From an uncultured Candidatus Rokubacteria bacterium (GTDB taxonomy: Bacteria; Methylomirabilota; Methylomirabilia; Rokubacteriales; CSP1-6): a stretch of DNA of 64,000 nucleotides. Both the position numbers and the translations under genes were made by a program. The stretch lies in NCBI GenBank assembly GCA_963771355.1, contig CAVYTA010000007.1:96001-160000 (forward strand), read 5' to 3'. Shown in pieces: positions 10,097-22,192 of the stretch (position 1 is its first letter; every line of letters starts with the position of its first letter). Under the pieces are notes generated by a model. The model was given only the letters and a program-made list of their open reading frames with translations. It was not told the DNA's origin and made no database searches.

Positions 10097-10519
10097 TGTT
10101 CGCCCTTCTTTCTCATCTCCGTCAGCCGAAGATGGATTCGCCTACCGTTTGTTCGGTGAGGAGCACTACGACCCCCGGTTCTTCATTTGCCTCCTTTCTT
10201 GCAGTCCCAGGGCGAAGCCAGGGAGTGCCGTCTTTGCCTCTGCGCCTCCGTCGAGACGCTCAAGTCGAAGAGCACGGCGCGGACGGCCCCGCAGGACCAC
10301 CGCCAACCGGTTCTGAGCCAGAGTTCGCCACTCAGGGTGTGCCACCTCCCGCAAACTTGGTAGAATTCGGTCTGGTGGGCAATAAGACCTTGGGCCTACT
10401 TGGTGTCAGTATGATCGGTCGTTCCGCCCGACGATGAGACGTTGAGTGCAGTCGCTGTTGCTGGACCTACATCAGTTGCGTTCGCAGACGGCGAGTCCGG
10501 AGGCGTGAAGGTCCTCCGC

Positions 10520-10535
10520 TGCATCGCATGTGCCA
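10520..10535 (-). promoter_or_regulatory. Candidate sigma54 (-24/-12) promoter
   Basis: Minus strand reads TGGCACATGCGATGCA (GG-N10-GC). Confidence 0.4.
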
Positions 10536-10578
10536 TGCCCGGCTCGCCGCCCGCGGCCCGTACTAGCGTAGTGGCCCT

Positions 10579-12195
10579 GTGATCTCGCTCGTGTTGCTCT
10601 GGCTGCGCGCGGCCGGACTCGTGGGCCAGGCAATATCGCTCGGCGGGGCGATCTTCGCGCTGGGCGTCTTGCGCCCGGCGCGCACGCGGGCCGCGGCCGG
10701 CATGTTCGATCGCGTGCTCACGCTCATCACCTTCGGCGCCCTCCTCGCCGCCGCCGCGCAAGCCGGCGTGCTCGTTGCCCTGGCCAAAGCCCTCGGAGAC
10801 GATGTCGGCTGGCCGCTGGGCGCCCTGCTCGGCTCGACGGTCGGCGTGATCGGCCTCACCCGCATCGCGGTCGCGCTGCTGGGCGCCGCGGCCGCGCACG
10901 CGCTGCGTCGCGATCCAGAATCTTCCGCGCGAAGTATCTGGCTCTTGATGTCGGGCGTCTTGCTGGCCGTCACGGGGGCGCTGGCCAGCCATGCGGTGGG
11001 CCGTCTCGACGGAAGTGTCTGGCTCGTGACCGTCGGCGCCCTCCACCAGGCGGCCGCCGCCACGTGGACGGGCGGGCTCGCGTGCGCCACCGTGGTGGCA
11101 CTTCGCTCGGCGCCCGGGGCCCCGGACACGTGGCTCAGGCCGTTCTCGACGCTCGCGCTCGCCGCGGTGGTCGTCCTGGCCCTGACCGGCGGCGCGCTTT
11201 CTCTCGCCTACATCGCCACGCCGGCCGCCGCCATCGGCACGTCCTACGGAGCCATGACCCTCACGAAAATCGTCCTCTTCGCTGCGATGCTAACCCTGGG
11301 CGTGCTCAACCACCGCGCCCTGCATGGCCGACTTGCTGCGGGACGCCGGCTCACGTCGCGGGCGACGACGGCCCCTGACCCAGCCCGATCGGGCTCGATG
11401 CTGTTCCGTCGACGTCTGGAGGTGGAAGCGGGGCTCGCCATCGTGACGCTCTTCCTCGCCGCGTCGATCGGCTCCGCCCCGCCGGCCGCGGACGTACGAG
11501 ACGAGCGGGCAACGCTGTCAGAGATCCGCAGCGTGTTCACGCCCCAATGGCCCCGGCTCCAGGCGCCTAGCTTGGCCGAGCTCTCCGCGGCCACGGCTCT
11601 CGGGGACCCTTCCACGCCTCACTCGGCCGAGGAGACGGCCTGGTCAGAGTTCGGCCATCATGTTTCCGGCCTGTTCGTCTTAGCCATGGGAGTGCTCGCC
11701 ATGCTGGAGCGGACCGGACGGGCTCCGTGGGCCCGGCATTGGCCCCTCCTCCTCATCGGGCTGACCGGCTTCGTCGCGTGGAACATGGACCCGGAGGGCT
11801 GGCAAACCGGGCGGATCGGCTTCTGGGAGCATCTGCTGGGTCTCGAGGTGCTGCAGCACCGCATCTTGCTCGCTTTCACGGCGATTCTCGGAGTCGCCGA
11901 GTGGCGGGTGCGGAGCGGCCGGCATCCCGAATCCCGCTGGCGCTATGTCTTTCCGTTCGTCTGCATTGGAGCCGGCATCTTGCTACTGTCCCACGCCCAT
12001 GAGGTATCCAATGCCAAGTCGGCCTTCCTGATCGAGCTCACGCACCTGCCCCTCGGCCTCGTCATTCTGGTGGCCGGCTGGTCGCGCTGGCTCGAGCTGC
12101 GCCTGTCGCCGCCGGACGACCGTGCGCCCGGGCGGCTCTGGGGACCTGCCTTGACCGTGTTCGGGCTGCTCCTGCTCTTCTACCGTGAAGCCTGA
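10579..12195 (+). CDS. copD: CopD-family copper resistance membrane protein with extended C-terminal TM domain
   Basis: Multi-TM; ASHA, LHQAAAATWTGG and TSYGAMTLTKI motifs; His-rich C-terminal TM part (EFGHH, LQHR, LTHLP). Confidence 0.7.
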   Translation: MISLVLLWLRAAGLVGQAISLGGAIFALGVLRPARTRAAAGMFDRVLTLITFGALLAAAAQAGVLVALAKALGDDVGWPLGALLGSTVGVIGLTRIAVALLGAAAAHALRRDPESSARSIWLLMSGVLLAVTGALASHAVGRLDGSVWLVTVGALHQAAAATWTGGLACATVVALRSAPGAPDTWLRPFSTLALAAVVVLALTGGALSLAYIATPAAAIGTSYGAMTLTKIVLFAAMLTLGVLNHRALHGRLAAGRRLTSRATTAPDPARSGSMLFRRRLEVEAGLAIVTLFLAASIGSAPPAADVRDERATLSEIRSVFTPQWPRLQAPSLAELSAATALGDPSTPHSAEETAWSEFGHHVSGLFVLAMGVLAMLERTGRAPWARHWPLLLIGLTGFVAWNMDPEGWQTGRIGFWEHLLGLEVLQHRILLAFTAILGVAEWRVRSGRHPESRWRYVFPFVCIGAGILLLSHAHEVSNAKSAFLIELTHLPLGLVILVAGWSRWLELRLSPPDDRAPGRLWGPALTVFGLLLLFYREA

Positions 12196-12273
12196 AGGAG
12201 GTCATGCCGCGCTGCGAGGACCTCGTCCCGAAGTAGCGGAACGGACGCCGAGGGCCGAGCGCCCGCTAGGGCG

Positions 12274-15200
12274 TCATGACGGGGGGCGATCGTCGCGGCC
12301 CGGCACCGCGGGCAGGACGATGCGGAAGACGGCCCCGCCCTCGGCGTCGTTCTCCGCCCAGATCTTTCCGCCGTGCGCGCGCACGATGGTGCGGCTCACC
12401 GACAGGCCCATGCCCATCCCCGTCGGCTTCGACGTGACGAAGGGATCGAAGATCGAGCCCACCTTGTCGGCCGGGATGCCCGGCCCGTTGTCGGCCACCT
12501 CGACCTGCACCCAACGCCCGTCGTGCACGCGCGTGCGCACCACCAGCCGTCCCGCGCGATCGGGCGCGTCCGCCATGGCGTCGAAGGCGTTCATCACGAG
12601 ATTCAAGAGGACCTGCTGCAGCTGAACGCGGTCGCCCGACCACCAGCAGGAGCCGGGGCGCGAGGTCGAGGTGGACGACGATGTTCCGGAGCAGGGCGTC
12701 GGTGCCCACCAGGGACATCACGTCGTTGATCAGGTTGTTGAGCAGGAGCGGGCGGCGCTCGACGTCGCCCTTCTTGAAGAGGGAGCGCAGATGCTGGATC
12801 ACCTGGCCCGCGCGCTGGTCCGAGAGGACGATGTCCTCGAGGATCTCGCCCAGGCCGCTCTCGGTGTGCTTGCCCGAGGCGATGAGGCCAAGGCCGGCCT
12901 GGGCATTGGTGCGGATCGCGGTCAGCGGCTGGCTGAGCTCGTGGACGATGGCCGCGCTCAGCTCGCCCATGGTCGCGACGCGTGAGATGTGCTCCAGATC
13001 CTGCCGCAGGCCCTGCGTCTCCATCTCCGCGCGGCGCCGCTCCGTGATGTCGACGATCGAGGCGACGACCAGCACGCCGTCCGCGGTGCTGATCGGATTG
13101 AGGCCGATCTCGACGGCGACCTCGCTCCCGTCCTTGCGGCGTGCGAACAGAGGCCGCCCCGATCCCGTGGCCCGCGCTTCCGGCTTGCCCTCGAACTCCT
13201 TCCGCCAGATGAAGTGATCGTGGCGGGCCCGCACGGGCACCAGCATCTCGATAGGCTCTCCGGCGAGCTCGTCCCGCGTGTAGCCGAAGAGCTTCTCCGC
13301 TTCGGCGTTGACCAGCACGATCCGGCCCCTTTCCTCGACCATGACCATGGCATTGGGTGCCGCTTCGAATACCTGACGGAACTTCTCCTCGGCGCGCAGG
13401 CGCTCGGTGATGTCCAAGCACGACCCGATATAGCCGGTGAAGGTCCCCTCCGCGTCGTATCGGGGCACTCCGTGATCCGCGATCCAGCGGTATTCGCCGT
13501 CGTGTCGACGCAGCTGGTACTGCATCTCGAACGGGCGGCGTGCGCCGAAGGCCTCGGCATAGGTCTCGAGACAGCGCGACCGATCGTCGGGGTGCACGCC
13601 GTCGGCCCATCCGTCCCCCATCTCCTGCTCGACGGTGCGGCCGGTGAACTCGAGCCAGGGCCTGTTGACGAACGTGCACCGCTTGTCGGGTCCCGCCATC
13701 CAGATGAGCACCGGGGCCGAGTCGGCGACGGACCGGAACCGAGACTCGCTCTCGAGCAGGCGCTCCTCGCCGCGCTTCCGATCCGTGATGTCCACCGAGG
13801 CGCCGCTCCACCGTCGACCGCCGGCGGGCGGCCCTCCGTCGTGATGCCCCCGCGTGCCGATCCAGCGCTCGACACCGTCCGGCCGCACGATCCGATACTC
13901 CAGGTCCAGCTCGAGGCCCTCCCGCACCGACTGATCGATGGCGCGCGCGACCCGCTCCCGATCGCCGTGGTGGACCAGCCTGAGGAACTTTGCGTAGCTC
14001 AGGTCGTCGTCGGGGCCGATGCCGAAGACCTCGCGGAGCCGGGGCGTCCCCCACGCGCGGCCGGACGCGAGGTCGAGGCCCCACAGGCCGGCCCGCGCCG
14101 ACTCCGCGGCCAGGTGCACGCGCCCCTCACTCTCGCGTAACGCCCGCTCCACGCGCCACCGCCGCGCGAGGTTCAGCGCGAGTTGGGCGATCAGTGCCGC
14201 CTGGATCAGGCCCACGGCGAGGGCGCCGATGATCGATAGCCAATGTCGCTGCCAGAGCGTCGGTTCCCGAAACTCCACGCGGCTGCCCGGCGGGAGCCCA
14301 TCCTCCGGGATGTTCCAGCGCTGGAGCTCTCGCCAGTCATACCGTGGCTTCTGCGCCTCGATGATCCGCGGCGGGTGGCTCGACACAGGCTCGCCCCGCA
14401 GGAGTCGGATGGCGAGGCGCGCGCTCTCCTCCCCCTCCAGCTCCGCCTGGTAGAGGCGGCCGCCGACGATGCCCAGGCCCAGCTGGTTCTGGAAGAGGCC
14501 GTTGATGGGGACGTTCGCGGCCGCCCGGAGGCGCTGGAGGGCCTGGTCCTGGTTGTACGTCACTCCGCGCACGTCCCGCACGAGCAGGGCCAGCAAGATG
14601 AACGAGCGCGGGGGCAAGGAGGCCACCCGGCGGAGCATCTCCTCGAAGGACAGATCGTTGAGCCACGTGAAGGTCACGCGATCGGAGAACCGCGCGAACT
14701 CCCGTTGCATGGTTTTGGTCCAGAATTGCTCGAGTGGCGACGCCCCGATCACCACCACGATGTTGGTCGTGTCCGGCCGAAGCTGCAGGATGTCCTCGAC
14801 GAGGCCGGGCAGGTCGAAGTTCTCGCCCACGAAGGTGGCATTGCCTCCGAGGTCGGGCGGCAAGGTCCGGCGGTCCATCCCCGTGTAGATCACCGGGGTG
14901 CGAGGGAACAGGCGATCCCGATACTTCACGACGAAGCGACCCGCCGGCGATCCCACCGGCGCGACCAGGTCCGGCTGCCACTTCGCCAGCCGCTTGAGCA
15001 AGAGCTGGACGAGCGCCTCCTCCATGTCGGGCTCCGCGTAGCGCGCCATGCCGAGGGAGACCTCGTCGAGATCGATGGCCTCGCCCATCTCCGCGGCCAG
15101 GGTGGCCTCGAACGCGGTGGAGTGGGTCGTGAACGGCGGCGTGCCGGCGCCGAAGGAATTGACGATCAGGACCCGCTTTGCGTCAGCGGCGGCTGCCTCC

Positions 15201-15280
15201 GTCTCCGCGCACGTGAGCAGGAGCAGGAGCAGCCCGAGCGCGCACCGGCCGACGACCCGCATGGCAAGATAGCGTCTCAT
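12274..15280 (-). CDS. Sensor histidine kinase (extracellular substrate-binding-like domain, TM, 3 PAS, HisKA, HATPase), frameshift at ~12636
   Basis: H-box AIVHELSQPL. Removing one G restores VGDRVQLQQVLLNLVMNA, then DNGPG, FDPFVTSK and GMGMGLS. Confidence 0.88.
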
Positions 15281-15446
15281 AGAAATGGTCCCGGCGAGCC
15301 TCAGGAGCTTCAAGCTCAAGGTGCGCCACCGAAGCCGAGGCCTGCGAGATAAGTGACAGTTTTGCCCGGATAGGTTACAGTTCGGCGCTCCCCTGGCCGG
15401 CGATGGTACACTCTTCCCGCTGATTTCTCAGGGCAGTTAGACTCAT

Positions 15447-15544
15447 GGAAGCGTTTGCGGCGCCGGTGCACGCCCCGGACTTCAAATCCGGTGTTCGGCT
15501 CTAGACAAGTCGAAGGTGGGTTCGACTCCCACACGCTTCCGCCA
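15447..15544 (+). tRNA. selC: tRNA-Sec (anticodon UCA)
   Basis: 8-bp acceptor GGAAGCGT/ACGCTTCC, discriminator G plus CCA. Anticodon arm CCGGA-CTTCAAA-TCCGG, long variable arm, T arm GTGGG-TTCGACT-CCCAC. Lies near selA and selB. Confidence 0.97.
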
Positions 15545-15598
15545 GCACTCGAGCGCAAATAAAATACTAGGCAACGCTAGCCAGACGCGAGGAGGCGC

Positions 15599-16165
15599 AT
15601 GGCCAAGGCAAAGAAGAAGGGACCGGGGCAGGGGGAGAAGGCGAAGGGCGGATCGCGCTCGGCGCGGCGCCGGCGCCGCACCATCATCGGCATCGTGGCG
15701 GCGGTGATCGTGGCGGGCGTCGTCGGCTACTTCGCCTATCAGTCGGCGGCGAATCTGCCCGGCGTGTCCTACCCCGACCAGGGCAATCTCCACCTGCAGA
15801 CGGAAGCCGACCCGCATGTCCCCTACAACTCGGATCCGCCCACCTCGGGGCCGCATCTGCCCTATATCGCCCCCTGGGGTGTTCACACCGCGCCCATCGT
15901 CAAGGAGCTCCAGGTCCATAACCTCGAGGACGGGGGCGTCGTCGTGCAGTACCACTGCCCGGCCGGCTGTCCCGAGCTGGTCATCAAGCTTGCCGCCATC
16001 GTGAAGGGCTACGATCGCCAGGTGCTGCTGGCGCCCTATCCCGGGCTCAAGACCCGCATCGCCCTCACCGCCTGGACCCGCCTCGACGGCTTCGACGAGT
16101 TCGACGAGGCCCGCATCGTCCGCTTCATCCGCGCCTATCGTGGGATCGACCATCACAAGCGGTAA
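15599..16165 (+). CDS. DUF3105 family membrane-anchored protein
   Basis: Basic N-terminus and one TM; YNSDPPTSGPH, VHNLEDGGVVVQY, IALTAW. Confidence 0.85.
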   Translation: MAKAKKKGPGQGEKAKGGSRSARRRRRTIIGIVAAVIVAGVVGYFAYQSAANLPGVSYPDQGNLHLQTEADPHVPYNSDPPTSGPHLPYIAPWGVHTAPIVKELQVHNLEDGGVVVQYHCPAGCPELVIKLAAIVKGYDRQVLLAPYPGLKTRIALTAWTRLDGFDEFDEARIVRFIRAYRGIDHHKR

Positions 16166-16174
16166 GATGGCGGC

Positions 16175-16675
16175 ATGAGGCGCGCCCCGCGTCGTCCTCT
16201 CGTCCTGGCCCTGGCCGCCGGGCTGCTCCTGGCCGGCACCGGCGGCTGCTCGCGGCCCTTCGTGTCGCCCATCCTTCCGCCGCCCTTCCGCGACCAGATC
16301 CCGGCGGCCTACGACGCGACCTGGCGGGCGCTCATCCGCGCGCTCGCCTACGAGAACGTCCCGCTGCGCGCGGTGGCCAAGGACTCCGGCGTGCTGGCCT
16401 CCGACGAGATCCTGTCGCCCATCGGGGTCTATGCCGACTGCGGCCGGCTGGGCGACGTGGGGCTCGAGGGCGAGGCCACGGTGACCTTCACCGTGTTCGT
16501 CCAGGACAACGGCCAGCGCTCCACCGACGTGCAGGTCAATGCCAAGATGCGCACGCAGAGCTGGCGGCGCGGAGATTCCGGCAAGTTCCTGCCGGAGCCG
16601 GTGTACCCCTGCGTCTCCACCGGGCGCTGGGAGGCGAACCTCATGGACACGCTGCGCCGGCTCGTGCAGGAGTGA
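16175..16675 (+). CDS. Hypothetical lipoprotein
   Basis: Signal peptide with lipobox-like TGGC; two further Cys (YADCG, YPCVSTG). Confidence 0.7.
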   Translation: MRRAPRRPLVLALAAGLLLAGTGGCSRPFVSPILPPPFRDQIPAAYDATWRALIRALAYENVPLRAVAKDSGVLASDEILSPIGVYADCGRLGDVGLEGEATVTFTVFVQDNGQRSTDVQVNAKMRTQSWRRGDSGKFLPEPVYPCVSTGRWEANLMDTLRRLVQE

Positions 16676-16960
16676 TGGCCGTGCCTCCCAGGCTGCCCGA
16701 GCTCATCAAGCGCGCCCGCCGGCTGGCCCACGAGCGGGACCGACTCGTGACGGAGCTGGCCCGCGAGTGGACGGGGGCGCTGCGCGGCCAGGGCTTCTCC
16801 CCCAGCGACCTCGACGAGCTCTGGGCCGGCCTCACCGAGGAGGCGGTGCGCCGCCTGCTCCGGCACAGCCCGGAGGGCGTGAGCCCGGAGGCGCTGCGGC
16901 GCGAGGCCAACGAGGTGATCGCGCGGGTGAAGGAGCGCGTGGAGACGGGCCTTGCCGCGG

Positions 16961-16968
<8 letters not shown>
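16675..16968 (+). CDS. Small helical hypothetical protein
   Basis: Start overlaps the upstream stop (TGATG) and the end overlaps the selA start region; strong GC3 bias. Confidence 0.7.
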
Positions 16969-18401
<1,433 letters not shown>

Positions 18402-18484
18402 CATGCGGGATGTCCGCCGATTGGGGGAGTGCGGGGGCCATTTCGAGGCCCCCGCAGGTAATGAAAATGACCAGTTCTCCGGCG

Positions 18485-20395
18485 ATGACTGAACCCAAAC
18501 ACGTCGTCGTCGGCACCGCGGGCCATATCGACCACGGCAAGACGTCGCTGGTCAAGGCGCTGACCGGCACCGACACCGACCGGCTCCCGGAGGAGAAGGC
18601 GCGCGGCATCACCATCGATCTGGGCTTCGCCTTCCTGGAGGAGCCCGACGGCCTGACCATCGAGATCGTGGACGTGCCCGGCCACGAGCGCTTCGTCAAG
18701 AACATGCTGGCGGGGGTGGGCGGCATCGACCTCGCCCTCCTGGTGATCGCCGCCGACGAGGGCGTGATGCCGCAGACGCGCGAGCACCTGGCGATCTGCT
18801 CGTTGCTGCACATCAAGAGCGGCATGGTGGCGCTGACCAAGACCGACATGGTCGAGCCCGACTGGCTCGAGCTGGTGCGCGACGACGTGGCGCGCCTCCT
18901 CGACGGGACCTTCCTGGCCGGCTGCCCCATCGTCCCCGTCTCCTCGAAGACCGGCGCGGGCCTGCCCGAGCTCCGCGCCGCGCTCGCCGAGCTGGCCCGC
19001 TCCGTGCCGGCCAAGGCGCTGGACCGGACCGCGCGGCTCCCCGTGGACCGCGTCTTCACCGTGAAGGGCTTCGGCACCGTGGTGACGGGCACGCTCACCG
19101 CCGGCCGCCTCGCGATCGATGAACGGGTCGAGGTGTATCCCCGCGGGCTGCAGAGCAAGGTGCGCGGGCTCCAGGTGCACGGCCACGCGGTGGAGAGCGC
19201 GCAGGCGGGCCAGCGCACCGCGGTCAACCTCCAGGGCGTGGAGCGGACGGCCATCGAGCGGGGCGACGTGGTGGCGCCCGCCGGGACGCTCGTGCACACG
19301 GTGCTGGTGGACGCCACCGTGGAGCTGCTGGCCGACGCGCCGCGGCCGCTCAAGATGCGCGAGCGCGTGCGCTTCCACGTGGGGACGCAGGAGGTGATGG
19401 CGCGCGTGCTCCTGGTGGGGGAGCCCGAGCTTCCCCAGGGCCGCGCCTCGTTCGGCCGCTTCCGGCTGGAGGCCCCGGTGGTGGCGCTCCCGGGCGACCG
19501 CTATGTCATCCGCACCTACTCGCCCATCGTGACGATCGGCGGCGGCACCTTGCTCGATGTCGCGCCTCCGCGCTTCAAGCGCAAAGCCCCCGCGCTTCGG
19601 GCCCACCTCGAGCTGCTGGCCACGGGGTCGCCGGCCGAGGTCGTGGAGGAGCATCTCCGCCAGGCGGGCGCCGCGGGTGCGCGCCTGGTCGATCTCCGCG
19701 CCCGCACCCCGTTCGGTCCCGAGCTCCTGCGCACGCTCCTCGAGGGATTGCAGAAGGCGGGCGCCGTGGTGGCGGTGGACCGCGAGGCCTATCTCCACCG
19801 GGACGCGAACGACCGGCTCCGCGCCGCTACCCTCGGACTCCTGGAGGCCTTTCACGCCGAGCACCCGCTGCGGGGCGGCATCTCGCGCGAGGAGCTGCGC
19901 AGCCGGGCGGGGAACGCGCAGGAGAAGGTCTTCGGCCAGCTCCTGGGGACGCTCGAGACGGAAGGCATGGTGCGCAGCGAGAAGGACCAGGTGCGGCTCG
20001 CCTCGCACACCATCCGGCTGTCCCCCGAGCAGCAGCGGGTGGTGGACGGAGTGGAGGCCGAGTTCCGCCGCGCCCTCGCCGCGCCCCCGGCGGTGGAGGA
20101 GACGCTCGCCAAGTTCGGCGTCAAGGGCACGGAGAAGCACGAGCTCTTCCAGCTCCTCCTCGCCGACCGGAAGCTGGTCCGGGTGCGGGAATCGCTGTAC
20201 TTCCACGCGGCCGCCCTCCAGGAAATCCAGGACACCCTGGTGGCCCACCTCAAGGCCAAGAAGGAGCTCAGCCCCGCCGACATGAAGGACCTCTTCGGCG
20301 TCAGCCGCAAGTACGCCATCCCGCTCATGGAGTATTTCGACGCCCAGCGCGTGACCGTCCGGCAGGGTGAGCGCCGGGTGCTCCGCGGCGCCTAG
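18485..20395 (+). CDS. selB: Selenocysteine-specific elongation factor
   Basis: [33 protein letters not shown]-terminal winged-helix [15 protein letters not shown]. Confidence 0.97.
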   Translation: MTEPKHVVVGTAGHIDHGKTSLVKALTGTDTDRLPEEKARGITIDLGFAFLEEPDGLTIEIVDVPGHERFVKNMLAGVGGIDLALLVIAADEGVMPQTREHLAICSLLHIKSGMVALTKTDMVEPDWLELVRDDVARLLDGTFLAGCPIVPVSSKTGAGLPELRAALAELARSVPAKALDRTARLPVDRVFTVKGFGTVVTGTLTAGRLAIDERVEVYPRGLQSKVRGLQVHGHAVESAQAGQRTAVNLQGVERTAIERGDVVAPAGTLVHTVLVDATVELLADAPRPLKMRERVRFHVGTQEVMARVLLVGEPELPQGRASFGRFRLEAPVVALPGDRYVIRTYSPIVTIGGGTLLDVAPPRFKRKAPALRAHLELLATGSPAEVVEEHLRQAGAAGARLVDLRARTPFGPELLRTLLEGLQKAGAVVAVDREAYLHRDANDRLRAATLGLLEAFHAEHPLRGGISREELRSRAGNAQEKVFGQLLGTLETEGMVRSEKDQVRLASHTIRLSPEQQRVVDGVEAEFRRALAAPPAVEETLAKFGVKGTEKHELFQLLLADRKLVRVRESLYFHAAALQEIQDTLVAHLKAKKELSPADMKDLFGVSRKYAIPLMEYFDAQRVTVRQGERRVLRGA

Positions 20396-20408
20396 AAGGC
20401 GCCCCGCC

Positions 20409-21257
20409 CTAGCCCTTCAGCCCGCTGAGCCGGACGCCCTCGACGATGCGCCGGTTGGCGACCAGGAAGACCAGCAGCAGCGGTAGCGCGCTCAGCGCGG
20501 CGCCGGCCATGATGGGCCCGTAGGACTCCGAGCTATAGGCGCCGCGCAGCAGCGCCAGCGCCACCGGCAAGGGGAACATCTCCGCCTTGTTCACCGCGAT
20601 GAGCGGCCACAGGAAGTCGTTCCACGCCGACCGGAAGGCGAAGATGGACAGCGCCGCGAGCACCGGCTGGGAGAGCGGCAGGACGATTTTCGAGAAGACT
20701 TGCCACGTGTTCGCCCCGTCGATGCGCGCGGCGTCCTCCAGCTCGCCCGGCATGGTGAGAAAGAACTGGCGGAGGAGGAAGACGCCGAAGGCGAAGGTCA
20801 TTGCCGCCTCGGGCACGATGAGCCCCTGGTAGGTGCTGAGCCAGCCGAGCTGCTGCACGAGCACGTATTGCGGCACCAGTACCACCGCGTTGGGAATCAT
20901 CAGGCTCCCGATGATCATGACGAAGACGAGGTTCCGCCCCGGGAAGCGCATGCGGGCCAGCGGATACGCGGCCAGGGCACTGGTGCCCACCACCACGACT
21001 ACCGTGCCGAGGGAAATGATGATGCTGTTGACGAAGGCGCGCCCGATCCGCGCGGTGCGCGAGCTGCTGAAGAGCACCTCGACATAGTGCTCGAGGGTGG
21101 CCGGCCAGGGGATCCACTCCGGCGGCACACGGATGATGTCCGGAGTGTGCTTGAGCGAGGTCACCACCACCCAGACCACCGGCAAGAGCCAGAGCACGGC
21201 CAGCGCGCCGAGCCCGACGGTGAGCACCAGCCCCTCGAGGTCTCGCTGTCGCGGCAT
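20409..21257 (-). CDS. Carbohydrate ABC transporter permease (MalG-like)
   Basis: EAA loop ELEDAARIDGA; WNDFLWPL. Confidence 0.93.
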   Translation of the reverse strand: MPRQRDLEGLVLTVGLGALAVLWLLPVVWVVVTSLKHTPDIIRVPPEWIPWPATLEHYVEVLFSSSRTARIGRAFVNSIIISLGTVVVVVGTSALAAYPLARMRFPGRNLVFVMIIGSLMIPNAVVLVPQYVLVQQLGWLSTYQGLIVPEAAMTFAFGVFLLRQFFLTMPGELEDAARIDGANTWQVFSKIVLPLSQPVLAALSIFAFRSAWNDFLWPLIAVNKAEMFPLPVALALLRGAYSSESYGPIMAGAALSALPLLLVFLVANRRIVEGVRLSGLKG

Positions 21258-21266
21258 GCGCGCGCC

Positions 21267-22163
21267 TCAGTATTCCGTGTGACCGCGCAGAAGGCGGAAC
21301 TGCAGCACGGAGAAGACCAGGATGATGGCGAAGAGCACCCACGCCATGGCCGAGGCGGCGCCGAAGGCGAAGAAGTTCTGGAACGCGGTCTCGTAGAGGT
21401 GCTGGACCACGGTGCGGGTGGCGTCGCCGGGCCCGCCCTGGGTGAGGACGAACACCTGCCCGAAGATCTGGAACGAGCCGATCATGTGGGTGACGAAGAC
21501 GAAGAGCAGCACCGGGCGCAGCAGCGGCAGGGTAATGGCCCAGAAGCTCCGGATGGCGCCGGCGCCGTCGAGCGCGGCCGACTCGTAGAGGTCGCGCGGA
21601 ATATCCTGGAGCCCGGCCAGATAGATGACGAGGTAGTAGCCGGTCACCCACCACACCGTGGTGACGATGATCACCCACATCGCGGTGATCGGATCGGCCA
21701 ACCACGAGCGCGCCGGCCCGCCCAGCGCGCGCAGGTAGTAGTTAAAGGGGCCGACCACGGGATCGAGGAGCCAGAGCCAGGTCAGGCCCACCGTGACCAC
21801 GGAGAGCGTGAAGGGAAAGAAGAACGCGCCGCGCAGCACCGTCCGCATGGTCCCGCGGTTGAGGGCCACCGCCAGCAGCAGGGGAATCGCGAGGATCGGC
21901 AGCGTGCTGGCCACCGTGTAGAAGACGGTGTTGTAGAGGCTGGTGTGGAAGCGCGTGTCCTCGAGGAGGCGCTCGTAGTTGGCGAGCCCGACGAAGGCCT
22001 GGGCGGGCCGGCCCAGGCGCGCATTGGTGAAGGAGAGCCGTAGGCCATCGAGCAGGGGATAGAGGCGGAAGGCGGCGAAGAGCAGCAGGCCGGGGGCGAG
22101 GAAGAGATACGCCGTCAGCCAGCCCCGCCGGGACACGGTCCCCCCGCGCCGCCCGCGTCGCAT
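21267..22163 (-). CDS. Carbohydrate ABC transporter permease (MalF-like)
   Basis: FVGLANY, LYESAALDGA, ITLPLLRP. Confidence 0.93.
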   Translation of the reverse strand: MRRGRRGGTVSRRGWLTAYLFLAPGLLLFAAFRLYPLLDGLRLSFTNARLGRPAQAFVGLANYERLLEDTRFHTSLYNTVFYTVASTLPILAIPLLLAVALNRGTMRTVLRGAFFFPFTLSVVTVGLTWLWLLDPVVGPFNYYLRALGGPARSWLADPITAMWVIIVTTVWWVTGYYLVIYLAGLQDIPRDLYESAALDGAGAIRSFWAITLPLLRPVLLFVFVTHMIGSFQIFGQVFVLTQGGPGDATRTVVQHLYETAFQNFFAFGAASAMAWVLFAIILVFSVLQFRLLRGHTEY

Positions 22164-22192
22164 GATGGCGCGTCGCTCGGTAGGCGCGCGGA

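Noticed and set aside
7440..15440. Genomic island integrated at tRNA-Sec
   Set aside because: The accessory region lies 5' of the tRNA; no integrase or duplicated tRNA 3' end was seen.
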